64,000 nt of DNA from a virus (taxonomy: Duplodnaviria > Caudoviricetes), in the IMG/VR virus record IMGVR_UViG_3300031555_001437, one strand, 5' to 3'. The notes below the pieces were generated by a model, which was not told the origin of the DNA, did no database searches, and saw only the letters and a list, made by a program, of their open reading frames with translations. Positions within the stretch are counted from its first letter, which is position 1. Each line of letters starts with the position of its first letter. Positions 47,426 to 56,373 of this stretch are shown here, piece after piece. A program made the translations under genes and the position numbers.

Positions 47426-47696
47426 CCTCCTCCTTATTGTTTAGTTTCTCAAGAATCTTATCGGCAATTTTATTAAGGTGTTCCATTCTCTGCTCATCAC
47501 TCTCAAAACACCCAGTGTAGTCACCACCAATCTCTGCTCCATAAATAACTTCGCCAAGACATTCAGGATAGTCACACCTCAAATAACCAAAACGCAAACG
47601 AACATACCCAACCTGGAGCCCATCTGCATCATACACATCATATTGTTCTGGACACATTCCGCCAGTACAGTCAAACTCAAGTCCTTTGATTATCAT
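47418..47696 (-). CDS. Hypothetical phage protein
   Basis: CPEQYDV...VGY.RLR.G conserved small phage pattern. Confidence 0.6.
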   Translation of the reverse strand: MIIKGLEFDCTGGMCPEQYDVYDADGLQVGYVRLRFGYLRCDYPECLGEVIYGAEIGGDYTGCFESDEQRMEHLNKIADKILEKLNNKEEDD

Positions 47697-47929
47697 ATTG
47701 TACCTCTTTGTTAATCATCTAAAACGCGAAAACAATCTGCGCTCACAACATCCTCATATCCAAAGTCCTTGAATACTTCAAATGCCATCAGGCGATTTAC
47801 CGCGCATACAATCTCTTCTCCTTCATATCCATCGCTGCATTTATATACGATCTTGTATAGATTCATTGCCACAAATCCTTTCTTGTGTTAATGATTTCGT
47901 CTATTGCATCGCTTTCACTGCCACCACGC

Positions 47930-48148
47930 TCAGCCATGAGTAGTCTCACCTGATACCCAAGTTGCAACGCTGCATCGATCGTCTTCAATGAAACAACTTG
48001 CGTCAGTGTCTACTGTAATGTCAAAAGTTGTACCACCATTAGCAACACAGTCGTCAATCATCAGGCTCAGTTCTCTAAGAAAATCTTCCTTAGTGGTGAA
48101 TTTCTGACCAGATCCACTGGTAAAAGTATCAGCAATATAAAATTTCAT
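47930..48148 (-). CDS. Hypothetical protein
   Basis: RBS. Confidence 0.45.
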   Translation of the reverse strand: MKFYIADTFTSGSGQKFTTKEDFLRELSLMIDDCVANGGTTFDITVDTDASCFIEDDRCSVATWVSGETTHG

Positions 48149-48200
48149 GATTTATTTCTCCTTTCAGCTCGTATGCGTCCGCAATCGCCCAGACGTTTTG

Positions 48201-48626
48201 TTATACTCTTAGATTTTCCTCATTGCGCATTACTGCATCAATCAAGAAGTTCGTCTTCTGCTCAACGTCCATCCGTGCCCAACAATAATTCAGAATACTC
48301 TCAAACAGCTCAATACCAGAAAGCCGTCCGAAGTTTCTAATTCTGGAGAAATCTCCACCGTCAGAAAAACGAATTACGTCTCCGATGTTGCGCATCTTTG
48401 CTCTCATGAGCGCATTGTACGTTCTTCCCGTCATGCGAAGGTTTTCAATCGGGTCATCCATGATGTCTTCCATAAACGGTAAAACGACGCATCTCTTCTC
48501 GTATACGTCTCCGAGTGCCTGAGAAATCTTCTTGCCGCTTACAACGAGGTCTACGATAGTGTTCATAGTTTCAATGTGTTCTTGCTTCATGATAAAATGT
48601 CTCCTTTTAATTCTCTTTTGATACAT
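48201..48626 (-). CDS. RNA polymerase alpha-CTD-like domain protein
   Basis: PIENL.MT.RTYNAL.RA....IGD.....F.RIRNFGR.S..E matches the alpha-CTD HhH pattern. Confidence 0.75.
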   Translation of the reverse strand: MYQKRIKRRHFIMKQEHIETMNTIVDLVVSGKKISQALGDVYEKRCVVLPFMEDIMDDPIENLRMTGRTYNALMRAKMRNIGDVIRFSDGGDFSRIRNFGRLSGIELFESILNYCWARMDVEQKTNFLIDAVMRNEENLRV

Positions 48627-48778
48627 AAATCAATGACTTTTTCGTAAAGCGAATTTTTCTTTTTGAGTGCGTGCTGGTCTTGTACGAGCGCTGAGTAAGA
48701 AATTTTGTGCAGTTCCTCCTTTGTTTTTGCTTTTTGGATTTGCGCTTTGAAGTCTTGAAGTGTTGCCATATTACCTCC

Positions 48779-49330
48779 TTATCTATATTTCCAGTCTCGG
48801 ATTGCGTATTTAATGCGTCCTACAATGCGGTTTCTCCAGATAAATCCTGGCGTACGATACGCATTTACGACACGCCACTTAAGCCACCAGCCAACGTCCA
48901 CCCCGTATCCGAAATAAACCTTGTACTTGTCGCCTTTATAGTGCCATTTACACACCAGATAACCATTTCGTTTTGTTACTTTTACCTCTGAAAACTTACC
49001 GTCAAAATGACCAACGTAATATTTCCACTTAGACCAAGTATAGTGTGTTGATTTCAACCACTCGCAGTTTCGGTCAAAAGTGCCATCGTCATTTCTTCTA
49101 ACAATCATTATCGATGTTTTGTAGAACGCAAGTGTACAGTCTTTATCTCCAACATAGGAAAAATAGTTGTTTTTTAGATTAATCGGTTTATCTTTGTTTT
49201 CATGATAGTCATGATAGACGTCGTTAATCGTGTCTTCCCAACCAACCATCTCTTTCATGTCTCCGAACATTTCTTTTGAGAGCAACTTCCCGTTCTTAAA
49301 CGCAATTGCTCCGTAATCCATCATAGCCAT
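48779..49330 (-). CDS. Hypothetical protein
   Basis: 183-aa ORF following rtcB. Confidence 0.55.
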   Translation of the reverse strand: MAMMDYGAIAFKNGKLLSKEMFGDMKEMVGWEDTINDVYHDYHENKDKPINLKNNYFSYVGDKDCTLAFYKTSIMIVRRNDDGTFDRNCEWLKSTHYTWSKWKYYVGHFDGKFSEVKVTKRNGYLVCKWHYKGDKYKVYFGYGVDVGWWLKWRVVNAYRTPGFIWRNRIVGRIKYAIRDWKYR

Positions 49331-49344
49331 ACGCCATCACTCCT

Positions 49345-50508
49345 TTACGCGTTTGCTTTGAAGTTAAAAATTGGAATAAGTCTATCAAGTATATCCACCG
49401 TGGGCTCTATGCATTCCATGATTTCAAGATAATCCTTGTATACAAACGGAGCCTCGTCAAGAGTGCTTGCGTTGATACAAGAGCTGAAAATTCCTTCCAT
49501 CTGTTTTGCGTATTCGTCTACGGTGAACAACTCTTTTGCCTCAGAACGAGAGTATAATCTTCCTGCTCCATGAGGTGCGGAATAATTCCAGTCTGGATTC
49601 CCTTTGCCGCGACATAAAAGAAGCCCGTCACGCATATTGAGTGGAATGACGAGCAACTGGTCTTTCTGAGCAGAAATTGCACCTTTTCTCAGGTACATAT
49701 TCTCAGTGTCTATATAGTTGTGAATTGAGTTGATATGTTCAAGCACACGACCTCCCATGTGCTTCGTGATTGCTTTGAGCATTGCCATGCGATTGTCGTT
49801 TGCAAAACGCTGCATAACTGCAACATCATGCAAATAGTCAGCCATGTCAGCGCCAGTCAAATAGCACAAATCTTTTTGGATGTGGAATTTGTGTTCCTTG
49901 AGCCACTGCTCTCGTTGAGTTGGCTCAATAGTCTTGATTTGCTCCATAAGAAAAATATGATTGTGCTCTTTTACTCTTTGCTCCGCGAGTTGCTGATAGT
50001 ATGCGGCGACTTTAAATCCGATGTTGCGGCTTCCGCTATGAACAGACAGCCACCCATCTTCGTACGCCTCGATGAAGTGATTACCGCCTCCAAGAGTTCC
50101 TAACGCAGTCATTGCTCGCGTCTTCGAATCCTTGTCGAGATATCCCCAGCAACGAAGCTCCTCAAAATTCCACGGTTGAAATTCTGAGTGCGTGTCCATT
50201 CCAAACGGAATATACTTTCTGATAACTGCATCCAATTTATCAAGGCGGTTCTTGAAATCAATATCGGTCTTGACAAGGTCAACGCCACATCCAATATCTA
50301 CGCCTACCAAGTTCGGGCATACCTTATCGGTGATTTTCATCGTCGTGCCAATTACACAACCTGCACCAGCGTGGCAGTCTGGCATGATACGAATATGTGC
50401 ATTTTCACCAAGGACAGAATTTGCCATCTCGATGATTTGCGCGATTGCTTCTTGCTCAACGGTTTTTGCATACACATATATGTCGCCGTATTTAGTGTTA
50501 TAAACCAT
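49345..50508 (-). CDS. rtcB: RtcB RNA 3'-phosphate/5'-OH ligase
   Basis: MPDCHAG, VGVDIGCG, LGTLGGGNHFIE, HSGSR, HNY, RKGA, SAPHGAGR and DEAP..YK. Confidence 0.95.
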   Translation of the reverse strand: MVYNTKYGDIYVYAKTVEQEAIAQIIEMANSVLGENAHIRIMPDCHAGAGCVIGTTMKITDKVCPNLVGVDIGCGVDLVKTDIDFKNRLDKLDAVIRKYIPFGMDTHSEFQPWNFEELRCWGYLDKDSKTRAMTALGTLGGGNHFIEAYEDGWLSVHSGSRNIGFKVAAYYQQLAEQRVKEHNHIFLMEQIKTIEPTQREQWLKEHKFHIQKDLCYLTGADMADYLHDVAVMQRFANDNRMAMLKAITKHMGGRVLEHINSIHNYIDTENMYLRKGAISAQKDQLLVIPLNMRDGLLLCRGKGNPDWNYSAPHGAGRLYSRSEAKELFTVDEYAKQMEGIFSSCINASTLDEAPFVYKDYLEIMECIEPTVDILDRLIPIFNFKANA

Positions 50509-50509
50509 T

Positions 50510-50785
50510 TTAAACCACCTTTCTTGCGTTACAATGATAATCAATTTCTTGCAATTTAAGTTGTATCTTTTCGATAATTGGCATTGCCTCTTTGGGGATT
50601 TTGTGATTTTTGTTATAATAAACAATTTCGTCTGCCATAATATCAAAAACATTGTCACCAAAATCACCCTTTGTCCAGATATAAACCGAGTACGACTTGA
50701 TTTTATCAATGTCATAATACGGATCTATCTCATGTGCAACTGCAACAAGTTCATCGTACAATTTCAAATATTTATCTTTATCCAT
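50510..50785 (-). CDS. Hypothetical protein
   Basis: ORF in the packed operon. Confidence 0.5.
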   Translation of the reverse strand: MDKDKYLKLYDELVAVAHEIDPYYDIDKIKSYSVYIWTKGDFGDNVFDIMADEIVYYNKNHKIPKEAMPIIEKIQLKLQEIDYHCNARKVV

Positions 50786-51380
50786 CTTCTACCTCCATTA
50801 TTGAACCGCAAAAAGGACACGTAACTCCCCATATCTCTGTGCCATCAAACGTATATGTTGCATCATGACCACAATTTGAACAGGAGTGCGTTCCGTCTGC
50901 TTCTTCAATCCACGTACCTCGACGCAAATCCTCGTTCGGAGGGCACTCAAGAAGACACGCCAAAGCAAGTCCAGCATTTTTCTCTTTGAGTTCTGCGATA
51001 TGGCGCTCCAACTCTTCAAGTTTGTCTGCTGCTTGCGTCATGGTTAGAGCGTACGTTTGATTAAACAACATACTCGCTTCAACTCTGAGCGAATTTACAA
51101 TATCAGTCGTATTCATCGTTTCACCCCAAGTATTTCTTTTTGAGCGCATCAAACCTCTCGTACACTTCAAGTTCATCAATAAGTCCCTTTGAGAACGCGT
51201 CCATAATGCCGTCAAAGCCGTCAAAAATCTCACGAATAACCTTGTCTTGCTTTCGATCATCTTCGCCGTATAACCAACTGGAGCTTGAAGATGAACCCCA
51301 CTTGGCCCATTTCGTACTATACTTGGGTTGCTCATGATGAACCACATATTCATCCATAAGCCTTTTAATAGCGTCGTCAT
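50778..51380 (-). CDS. Hypothetical protein with C-terminal zinc ribbon (true start likely MNTTDIV)
   Basis: G.W...CSNCG...CPFCG..M. Confidence 0.5.
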   Translation of the reverse strand: MTTLLKGLWMNMWFIMSNPSIVRNGPSGVHLQAPVGYTAKMIESKTRLFVRFLTALTALWTRSQRDLLMNLKCTRGLMRSKRNTWGETMNTTDIVNSLRVEASMLFNQTYALTMTQAADKLEELERHIAELKEKNAGLALACLLECPPNEDLRRGTWIEEADGTHSCSNCGHDATYTFDGTEIWGVTCPFCGSIMEVEDG

Positions 51381-51390
51381 TAAAATTCAT
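51121..51390 (-). CDS. Hypothetical protein
   Basis: ORF in the packed operon. Confidence 0.45.
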   Translation of the reverse strand: MNFNDDAIKRLMDEYVVHHEQPKYSTKWAKWGSSSSSSWLYGEDDRKQDKVIREIFDGFDGIMDAFSKGLIDELEVYERFDALKKKYLG

Positions 51391-51805
51391 AATTGCCCTC
51401 CATGAATTTCTGTTTGAATTTCAAAATATCCGCCCAAATGTTACGAACCTGTGTAACCCAACAGTTGTTTTTGGAGACCAGAGCATCAAACTCATATGCT
51501 CTGAGAATATTTAAAATACCCGCAAAAACTTCCTGCGTGATCTCAGCTTTTGCATTTTCATCAGCAGCGGCAAACTCTGTCTCTAATCCCTCATTGAGTT
51601 GTCTATATAAAGTAGAGATTTTCTTAGCCTCCTCCGCCTCTGCTCTCGGAACAACATCAGCGTGCGGTAACCCAGCAATTAAGCAGAGGAAATGTCGGTG
51701 TTCGTGATTGTGAAGTTGTCTGTGAATACTATCTTGATGCGGATTATGCTTATAGCTCTTCATAACCGCTGCCTCAAGAATGTTTGTGTCAATATAAGCC
51801 ATCAT
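51380..51805 (-). CDS. Hypothetical protein
   Basis: YID...P.ADVVP pattern. Confidence 0.5.
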   Translation of the reverse strand: MMAYIDTNILEAAVMKSYKHNPHQDSIHRQLHNHEHRHFLCLIAGLPHADVVPRAEAEEAKKISTLYRQLNEGLETEFAAADENAKAEITQEVFAGILNILRAYEFDALVSKNNCWVTQVRNIWADILKFKQKFMEGNYEF

Positions 51806-52155
51806 TATTCTCCTTTCATGTACGCTCCACAGTTGGGACAGAATTTAGTCATATCTGCTTCGGCATCGCAAAGACTACATTTACCAACATAATGCCCCAT
51901 ACTATATTCTTGATATATCCATTTTCCAACGATTTGCTTGCGGTATCCTAATCTGTAGACCTCTTCTGCAAGCCAACGATAATCAACAACGCTTCTTTTA
52001 TTATTTGCTTTATATAACGCAGTTGTGAGCTCACTTATTTCTTCAAGTATTTGCGCTTCGTTTTGTTCAGGCATATCATTCTCCTTTCGGCGGTTCGGGT
52101 AGCGGCATCCAATGGGTGACGGTAAACCCTGCACACGCAGACCACCTTGCCCCAT
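51805..52155 (-). CDS. Hypothetical zinc-ribbon protein
   Basis: GYRK..GKW...CSLC...FCPNCGA.M. Confidence 0.55.
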   Translation of the reverse strand: MGQGGLRVQGLPSPIGCRYPNRRKENDMPEQNEAQILEEISELTTALYKANNKRSVVDYRWLAEEVYRLGYRKQIVGKWIYQEYSMGHYVGKCSLCDAEADMTKFCPNCGAYMKGE

Positions 52156-52447
52156 TTTCTTCTAACATTTCTGATACCACCATAATAGGATTTTTAAAGT
52201 AGCCTTTTATACATACAAGAACTGTTTTCATCCGTTCGGGCAACCTCTCGTCAACGCTGATCCACTCGGTCTGCTTGCGGTAGCCTTTTTCTATCAGATT
52301 TTGTGCCGTCGTATAAAGATCAACGGATGTTTCGCCGTATTCCCTTGCCGACCACTCGTCATAAGAAATACATTCGCGCAAATCATTCCACATAATTGCT
52401 TCTTGCTTTTCGCGTTCAGTGTGCTTGTTCATCGTACTTCGCCTCAC
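52076..52447 (-). CDS. DUF551-like protein
   Basis: WISVDERLPE...VTHWMPLPEPP. Confidence 0.8.
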   Translation of the reverse strand: MRRSTMNKHTEREKQEAIMWNDLRECISYDEWSAREYGETSVDLYTTAQNLIEKGYRKQTEWISVDERLPERMKTVLVCIKGYFKNPIMVVSEMLEENGARWSACAGFTVTHWMPLPEPPKGE

Positions 52448-52637
52448 TTTCTGATTGAATTAACATCATTTGAGCGACTGCTTTTTCATCAAGCCTCAAA
52501 TCTTTACACAATTCAAAAACAGCGTCAGCAATTTTGAAAGCGTTAGCAACCTCAGCGTTGTCAAACTCAACAAACAGTCTCATCTGCGCCCTCCGTCCTT
52601 GCAACCTTTTCGTTGATTCTTGCTGCACACGCGTCAC
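52416..52637 (-). CDS. Hypothetical protein
   Basis: Packed operon; likely start MRLFV. Confidence 0.4.
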   Translation of the reverse strand: MTRVQQESTKRLQGRRAQMRLFVEFDNAEVANAFKIADAVFELCKDLRLDEKAVAQMMLIQSESEAKYDEQAH

Positions 52638-53064
52638 ACTCTTCTTTTGTCAAGAACACTTTCTTTCCGAAGTCATCAAACTTGAAAAACATCTTGAAAT
52701 CAGGGTGTCTGTCGGTTCCATCGTTGCGAACAATGACGCACTCCCCAGTACCACGCATATCAATACATGCAGCAATACCGTCAATTGATCTGTAGAACTT
52801 ATCCTCTGGTTTCTTTGCAACAAACCATACAACCTGACCCACTGCACACGGCAGCAACGTCATCCTCGGCAATACATCATTGAGCGCGTTGGCTACGATT
52901 CCGTTCTCTGTTTGATTTCCGTCAACATAATAACGGTTTCTAAACAAATTAAGAATCTCTTCGGACGTTAAATCTGACAACAGATACATTCTTGTAAGTT
53001 CGTTCATAATTCGAAATCCTCCTCGTCGAGAAATCTGTACATCCAGTAAATGAACGCCAACCAA
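52567..53064 (-). CDS. Hypothetical phage protein
   Basis: LPC.VG..VW...FGK.VFLT.EE pattern. Confidence 0.6.
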   Translation of the reverse strand: MVGVHLLDVQISRRGGFRIMNELTRMYLLSDLTSEEILNLFRNRYYVDGNQTENGIVANALNDVLPRMTLLPCAVGQVVWFVAKKPEDKFYRSIDGIAACIDMRGTGECVIVRNDGTDRHPDFKMFFKFDDFGKKVFLTKEECDACAARINEKVARTEGADETVC

Positions 53065-53264
53065 ATGAATACGACGTTGTAGATTGCTGCAGTTACAATG
53101 CTGGAGTTCATAGGAAAGCCCATCTTCTTTTGGATTGCTCTTGGGTCGAACATGACATCGCAGTCATCCAACCAGTGAGAGGTTCCGTTGTCGTACGACT
53201 TCGTAATCAGTGCCATCATACAACTAAGTACTACGGACATTACTATAAAAAACAGAATTACCAT
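53004..53264 (-). CDS. Small membrane protein
   Basis: Two hydrophobic helices. Confidence 0.5.
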   Translation of the reverse strand: MVILFFIVMSVVLSCMMALITKSYDNGTSHWLDDCDVMFDPRAIQKKMGFPMNSSIVTAAIYNVVFIWLAFIYWMYRFLDEEDFEL

Positions 53265-53273
53265 GACTCCTCC

Positions 53274-53864
53274 TTATCTTTTCCTTGTACCTATAAGTCT
53301 TGGCGGCTCCACAAAATCCCAGTCGATTTCACCCTTTTCGTACTCGACCATATGCTTGTAGTAATAGCCGTTGTGCGGGCTGGTCGAACGCTCGTAGTGA
53401 ATTCCAGCGATACGATTAAACTGTCTCGTCTCGATAAATCTGTGAATATCCCCGATGTACTTTTCCAAGAATATCATTACTGCTCCGATATCCGTGATGT
53501 GCGTTTTATCCAAGAATTCTCCGTACGTCATATCAAGACTGTCTATTCTTTCGCTGAGATCTGCGGGGTAATCTTTTTCGATATAGATAAAATAAAGGTT
53601 CGACAACCAACTACGAAAATCATGTACCCAAAAACAATCGTCCTTGGTAATAATCGCGTCATCAGTGCACTGATACGCAAATCCACACAGAACTTCGGTG
53701 GTCTTATAAATCAAATTCCGATATTCTTTGAACATTGACCGCCAAGCACCAAGGTGAACCGTGTCTGTAAATTGCTTTCTGAAAGTATGTGACTTGAGTT
53801 GATCATGCAGTTCGATGAGTTGGTCCATCCATTCTTGCGTGCTTCTTTTTGTAAAGTCCATCAT
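53274..53864 (-). CDS. Hypothetical protein
   Basis: RBS, 196 aa. Confidence 0.55.
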   Translation of the reverse strand: MMDFTKRSTQEWMDQLIELHDQLKSHTFRKQFTDTVHLGAWRSMFKEYRNLIYKTTEVLCGFAYQCTDDAIITKDDCFWVHDFRSWLSNLYFIYIEKDYPADLSERIDSLDMTYGEFLDKTHITDIGAVMIFLEKYIGDIHRFIETRQFNRIAGIHYERSTSPHNGYYYKHMVEYEKGEIDWDFVEPPRLIGTRKR

Positions 53865-53893
53865 ATACCTCCTAAAATCACTCTTCTATGTGG

Positions 53894-54139
53894 TTAATCT
53901 TCCATTTTCAACTCGCCCTTTTCAATTAAAACTCGTTCAATACCTTTGGCGTGTAGGTTGGTTTCGATTAATTTCAAAGTAGTTCTGTTGTGTTCTACGA
54001 AATAATTTCTCCATTTCAGTATAAGTTCTGCCTTATCATCTTCTGCAATGGTGTTTATTTCTTCTTTAAACTGCTCCCAGAACACAACAAAATCATCACA
54101 CAAGTCCATAATCTCTTGTTTGATATTTATATCGTTCAT
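53894..54139 (-). CDS. Hypothetical protein
   Basis: RBS. Confidence 0.5.
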   Translation of the reverse strand: MNDINIKQEIMDLCDDFVVFWEQFKEEINTIAEDDKAELILKWRNYFVEHNRTTLKLIETNLHAKGIERVLIEKGELKMED

Positions 54140-54155
54140 ACTTAATTTCCTCCTA

Positions 54156-54758
54156 TCAAAACCACGGATGTTCTCTGAGAAGTCGTTTGTACTCCTCTAA
54201 ATTTGCTGCTGTGTCAATCTTGTGTTCATTCGGATGATCAACATCATAGCCGTCCTCAATAAGCATCTGCTTACACTCATTTAGTCCGTCCAACCAGTCA
54301 GACTTGATATCATCTGGGTAGTTGAAAATATCTGCAAACCGCGTGCAGTATCCACTGAGCCAAAAAGACCAGCGTTTATCTCGCGGCAACTTGTGATATA
54401 CATCATCAGGCAATCTTGCAATAATCCTCTGACGCACAGCCTTCATTTCTTCGATATTGTCTTCGGGATATCGACCTTTCCAGTCTTCATACCAACCATC
54501 CGCAATACGCTCATCCTCATAATATTGAGATTCAGCTCTTAAAGAAAGCTTGTTATGCTGAAATGCCTTTCCATCAACAAGATGTAATCTAAGTGTTTCA
54601 ATGTGCTCGTCTGATGCATCGCAACTAACCAATTCACCGTTTTTCCAATGATATCCGTTACCGATACAACAGAATAAGTGGTTAAGACAGTCGCTTCTTT
54701 CTTTGAAAAGAGTTGGATAGCGGTCAAACATATCCTGAATAGTTAATTCAAGTTGCAT
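54156..54758 (-). CDS. Hypothetical protein
   Basis: RBS; YP.LF..R.D.L.HLFC..GNGY.W. Confidence 0.55.
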   Translation of the reverse strand: MQLELTIQDMFDRYPTLFKERSDCLNHLFCCIGNGYHWKNGELVSCDASDEHIETLRLHLVDGKAFQHNKLSLRAESQYYEDERIADGWYEDWKGRYPEDNIEEMKAVRQRIIARLPDDVYHKLPRDKRWSFWLSGYCTRFADIFNYPDDIKSDWLDGLNECKQMLIEDGYDVDHPNEHKIDTAANLEEYKRLLREHPWF

Positions 54759-54773
54759 AATTATTTCCTCCTA

Positions 54774-55049
54774 TTAAATAGTTATCTCATTGCGCAAACT
54801 ATCATGAGCATGAAATACAAGCGTCTTGCCGCGAATCTTTTGGCAGTAGTCTATTGCCGCTTCGTCTAACGTGTCGCCAAACCCAGCCGCCGAGATAAGC
54901 AACCCATCAGACTTAATATCTCCATGACTACCACACCAGATAAAATTAACAGAATAGCGCATTTTATTAGTAATGCCGCTAATACTTCCACCAACGCTGA
55001 CAGTACACATCTTGCTGTCTGCAATTGACAACAAATCGTTAAACGTCAT
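54774..55049 (-). CDS. Hypothetical protein
   Basis: RBS. Confidence 0.5.
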   Translation of the reverse strand: MTFNDLLSIADSKMCTVSVGGSISGITNKMRYSVNFIWCGSHGDIKSDGLLISAAGFGDTLDEAAIDYCQKIRGKTLVFHAHDSLRNEITI

Positions 55050-55060
55050 AAGTTCCTCCT

Positions 55061-55435
55061 TTATGTAAAAATCAAGAATGTAACAACAATCTGCAGGATA
55101 TGAATGGTTTGGTCTTGTACCAAGTTGATTTTCATTTTGTTCGCTTTTAAGTCATCAACAACACAATGCACAATCATATTGATAACCAACGCAACTATCA
55201 TTGTAGATGTTACACAAAACCTATTCATAAACATGATTGGCAGCATGATCATAAATGCCCAACTGAATGAGTGCGTGAGCAAAGCCGCAATATAGTCACG
55301 CTTGTACATCGGCTTATACTGCGGCTGCTCTTTCCACCAAGACTTTTGTTTCATGCTTGCCAAAATTCCTTGCAGACGATAATCATCGATGATGTGCATA
55401 AAAATCATCCACAAAAGAATAAATGACTTGTTCAT
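55061..55435 (-). CDS. DUF3307-like membrane protein
   Basis: HIIDDY.LQG, H...W, H..VDD.K and DQ.IH..Q. Confidence 0.75.
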   Translation of the reverse strand: MNKSFILLWMIFMHIIDDYRLQGILASMKQKSWWKEQPQYKPMYKRDYIAALLTHSFSWAFMIMLPIMFMNRFCVTSTMIVALVINMIVHCVVDDLKANKMKINLVQDQTIHILQIVVTFLIFT

Positions 55436-55449
55436 GATTCCCTCCTTGA

Positions 55450-56361
55450 TTACGAGAAATTATAGTCAATTACGTTATCAAAGCACACGGACGTATAACT
55501 GGAGAATATGTCAAGCCAACATTCAGCCTTAGTAGTCCCAGTCCCGTAAAGAACCTCCTCGTCCCCATACGCCGTGATGATAACAACCTCGAGTTCGAGG
55601 AGAAGGTCGTTTTTTGCTCTGCGGTTAATCTTATTACTGTCGTTGCTCGGCGGCAAACTCGGAGTGTTGTAGTTGTAACTGTACGTTCTCGCCTTGTACT
55701 TAAACGGTTCAGGGCACTCGGTTGCAATCAAGAACTTCGCGGTATCCATAGTGCTCATCATCTCGTTGTACATGACGTACTCGTCTTTGGTGTGCTCCCA
55801 GTAGTAACCACTCGAAAGATTTACGCCGCACAACTTGCTTGCAGGCATCAAGACCGCAATGTCAGAAAACGTTCCAAGAGCCTCCTTGAAACCAGTATTC
55901 TCGATAACAAACTCGGTGAAATCTTGGTTGTCGCAGGAATAAAACACGGCGTCATCGCTGCCATGGCGGTCAAACTCAATCATGTAATTCACGCCAAGGT
56001 CTTTGATGTACTCACTCTCTGCAAACTTCTTTGCGCCGAGACAACCGACTTCTTCATCTTCGCACAAAAGAACCGAGCACTTAAGATCTTTGAGGATATT
56101 GGCGATAATGAAGATGCCACATCTATCGTCGCCGCCAATGCCTTGAGGAGATGTAATTCTGTTGCCAACCTTGGTAAACTCAACACACGGAACCTCATGA
56201 ACAGTATCCATATGAGCAACGAGCAGCACAGGGACCTCGCCCTTTGCATACAAGAAGCCATCCTCGCTGATTACATTGTATTGTTTTGCGGCCAAATACT
56301 TCTTCATGTAGTCTTTGACTTCGCGTTGTTTCATCATGCAAATCTCTTGAAAAGTTTTCAT
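55450..56361 (-). CDS. M28/M20-like zinc peptidase, copy A
   Basis: LVAHMDTVH, GGDDRCG, EEVG..GA, EFDR.G, SDI and NLS.GYY.EHT..E. Confidence 0.82.
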   Translation of the reverse strand: MKTFQEICMMKQREVKDYMKKYLAAKQYNVISEDGFLYAKGEVPVLLVAHMDTVHEVPCVEFTKVGNRITSPQGIGGDDRCGIFIIANILKDLKCSVLLCEDEEVGCLGAKKFAESEYIKDLGVNYMIEFDRHGSDDAVFYSCDNQDFTEFVIENTGFKEALGTFSDIAVLMPASKLCGVNLSSGYYWEHTKDEYVMYNEMMSTMDTAKFLIATECPEPFKYKARTYSYNYNTPSLPPSNDSNKINRRAKNDLLLELEVVIITAYGDEEVLYGTGTTKAECWLDIFSSYTSVCFDNVIDYNFS

Positions 56362-56373
56362 TATAATTCCTCC

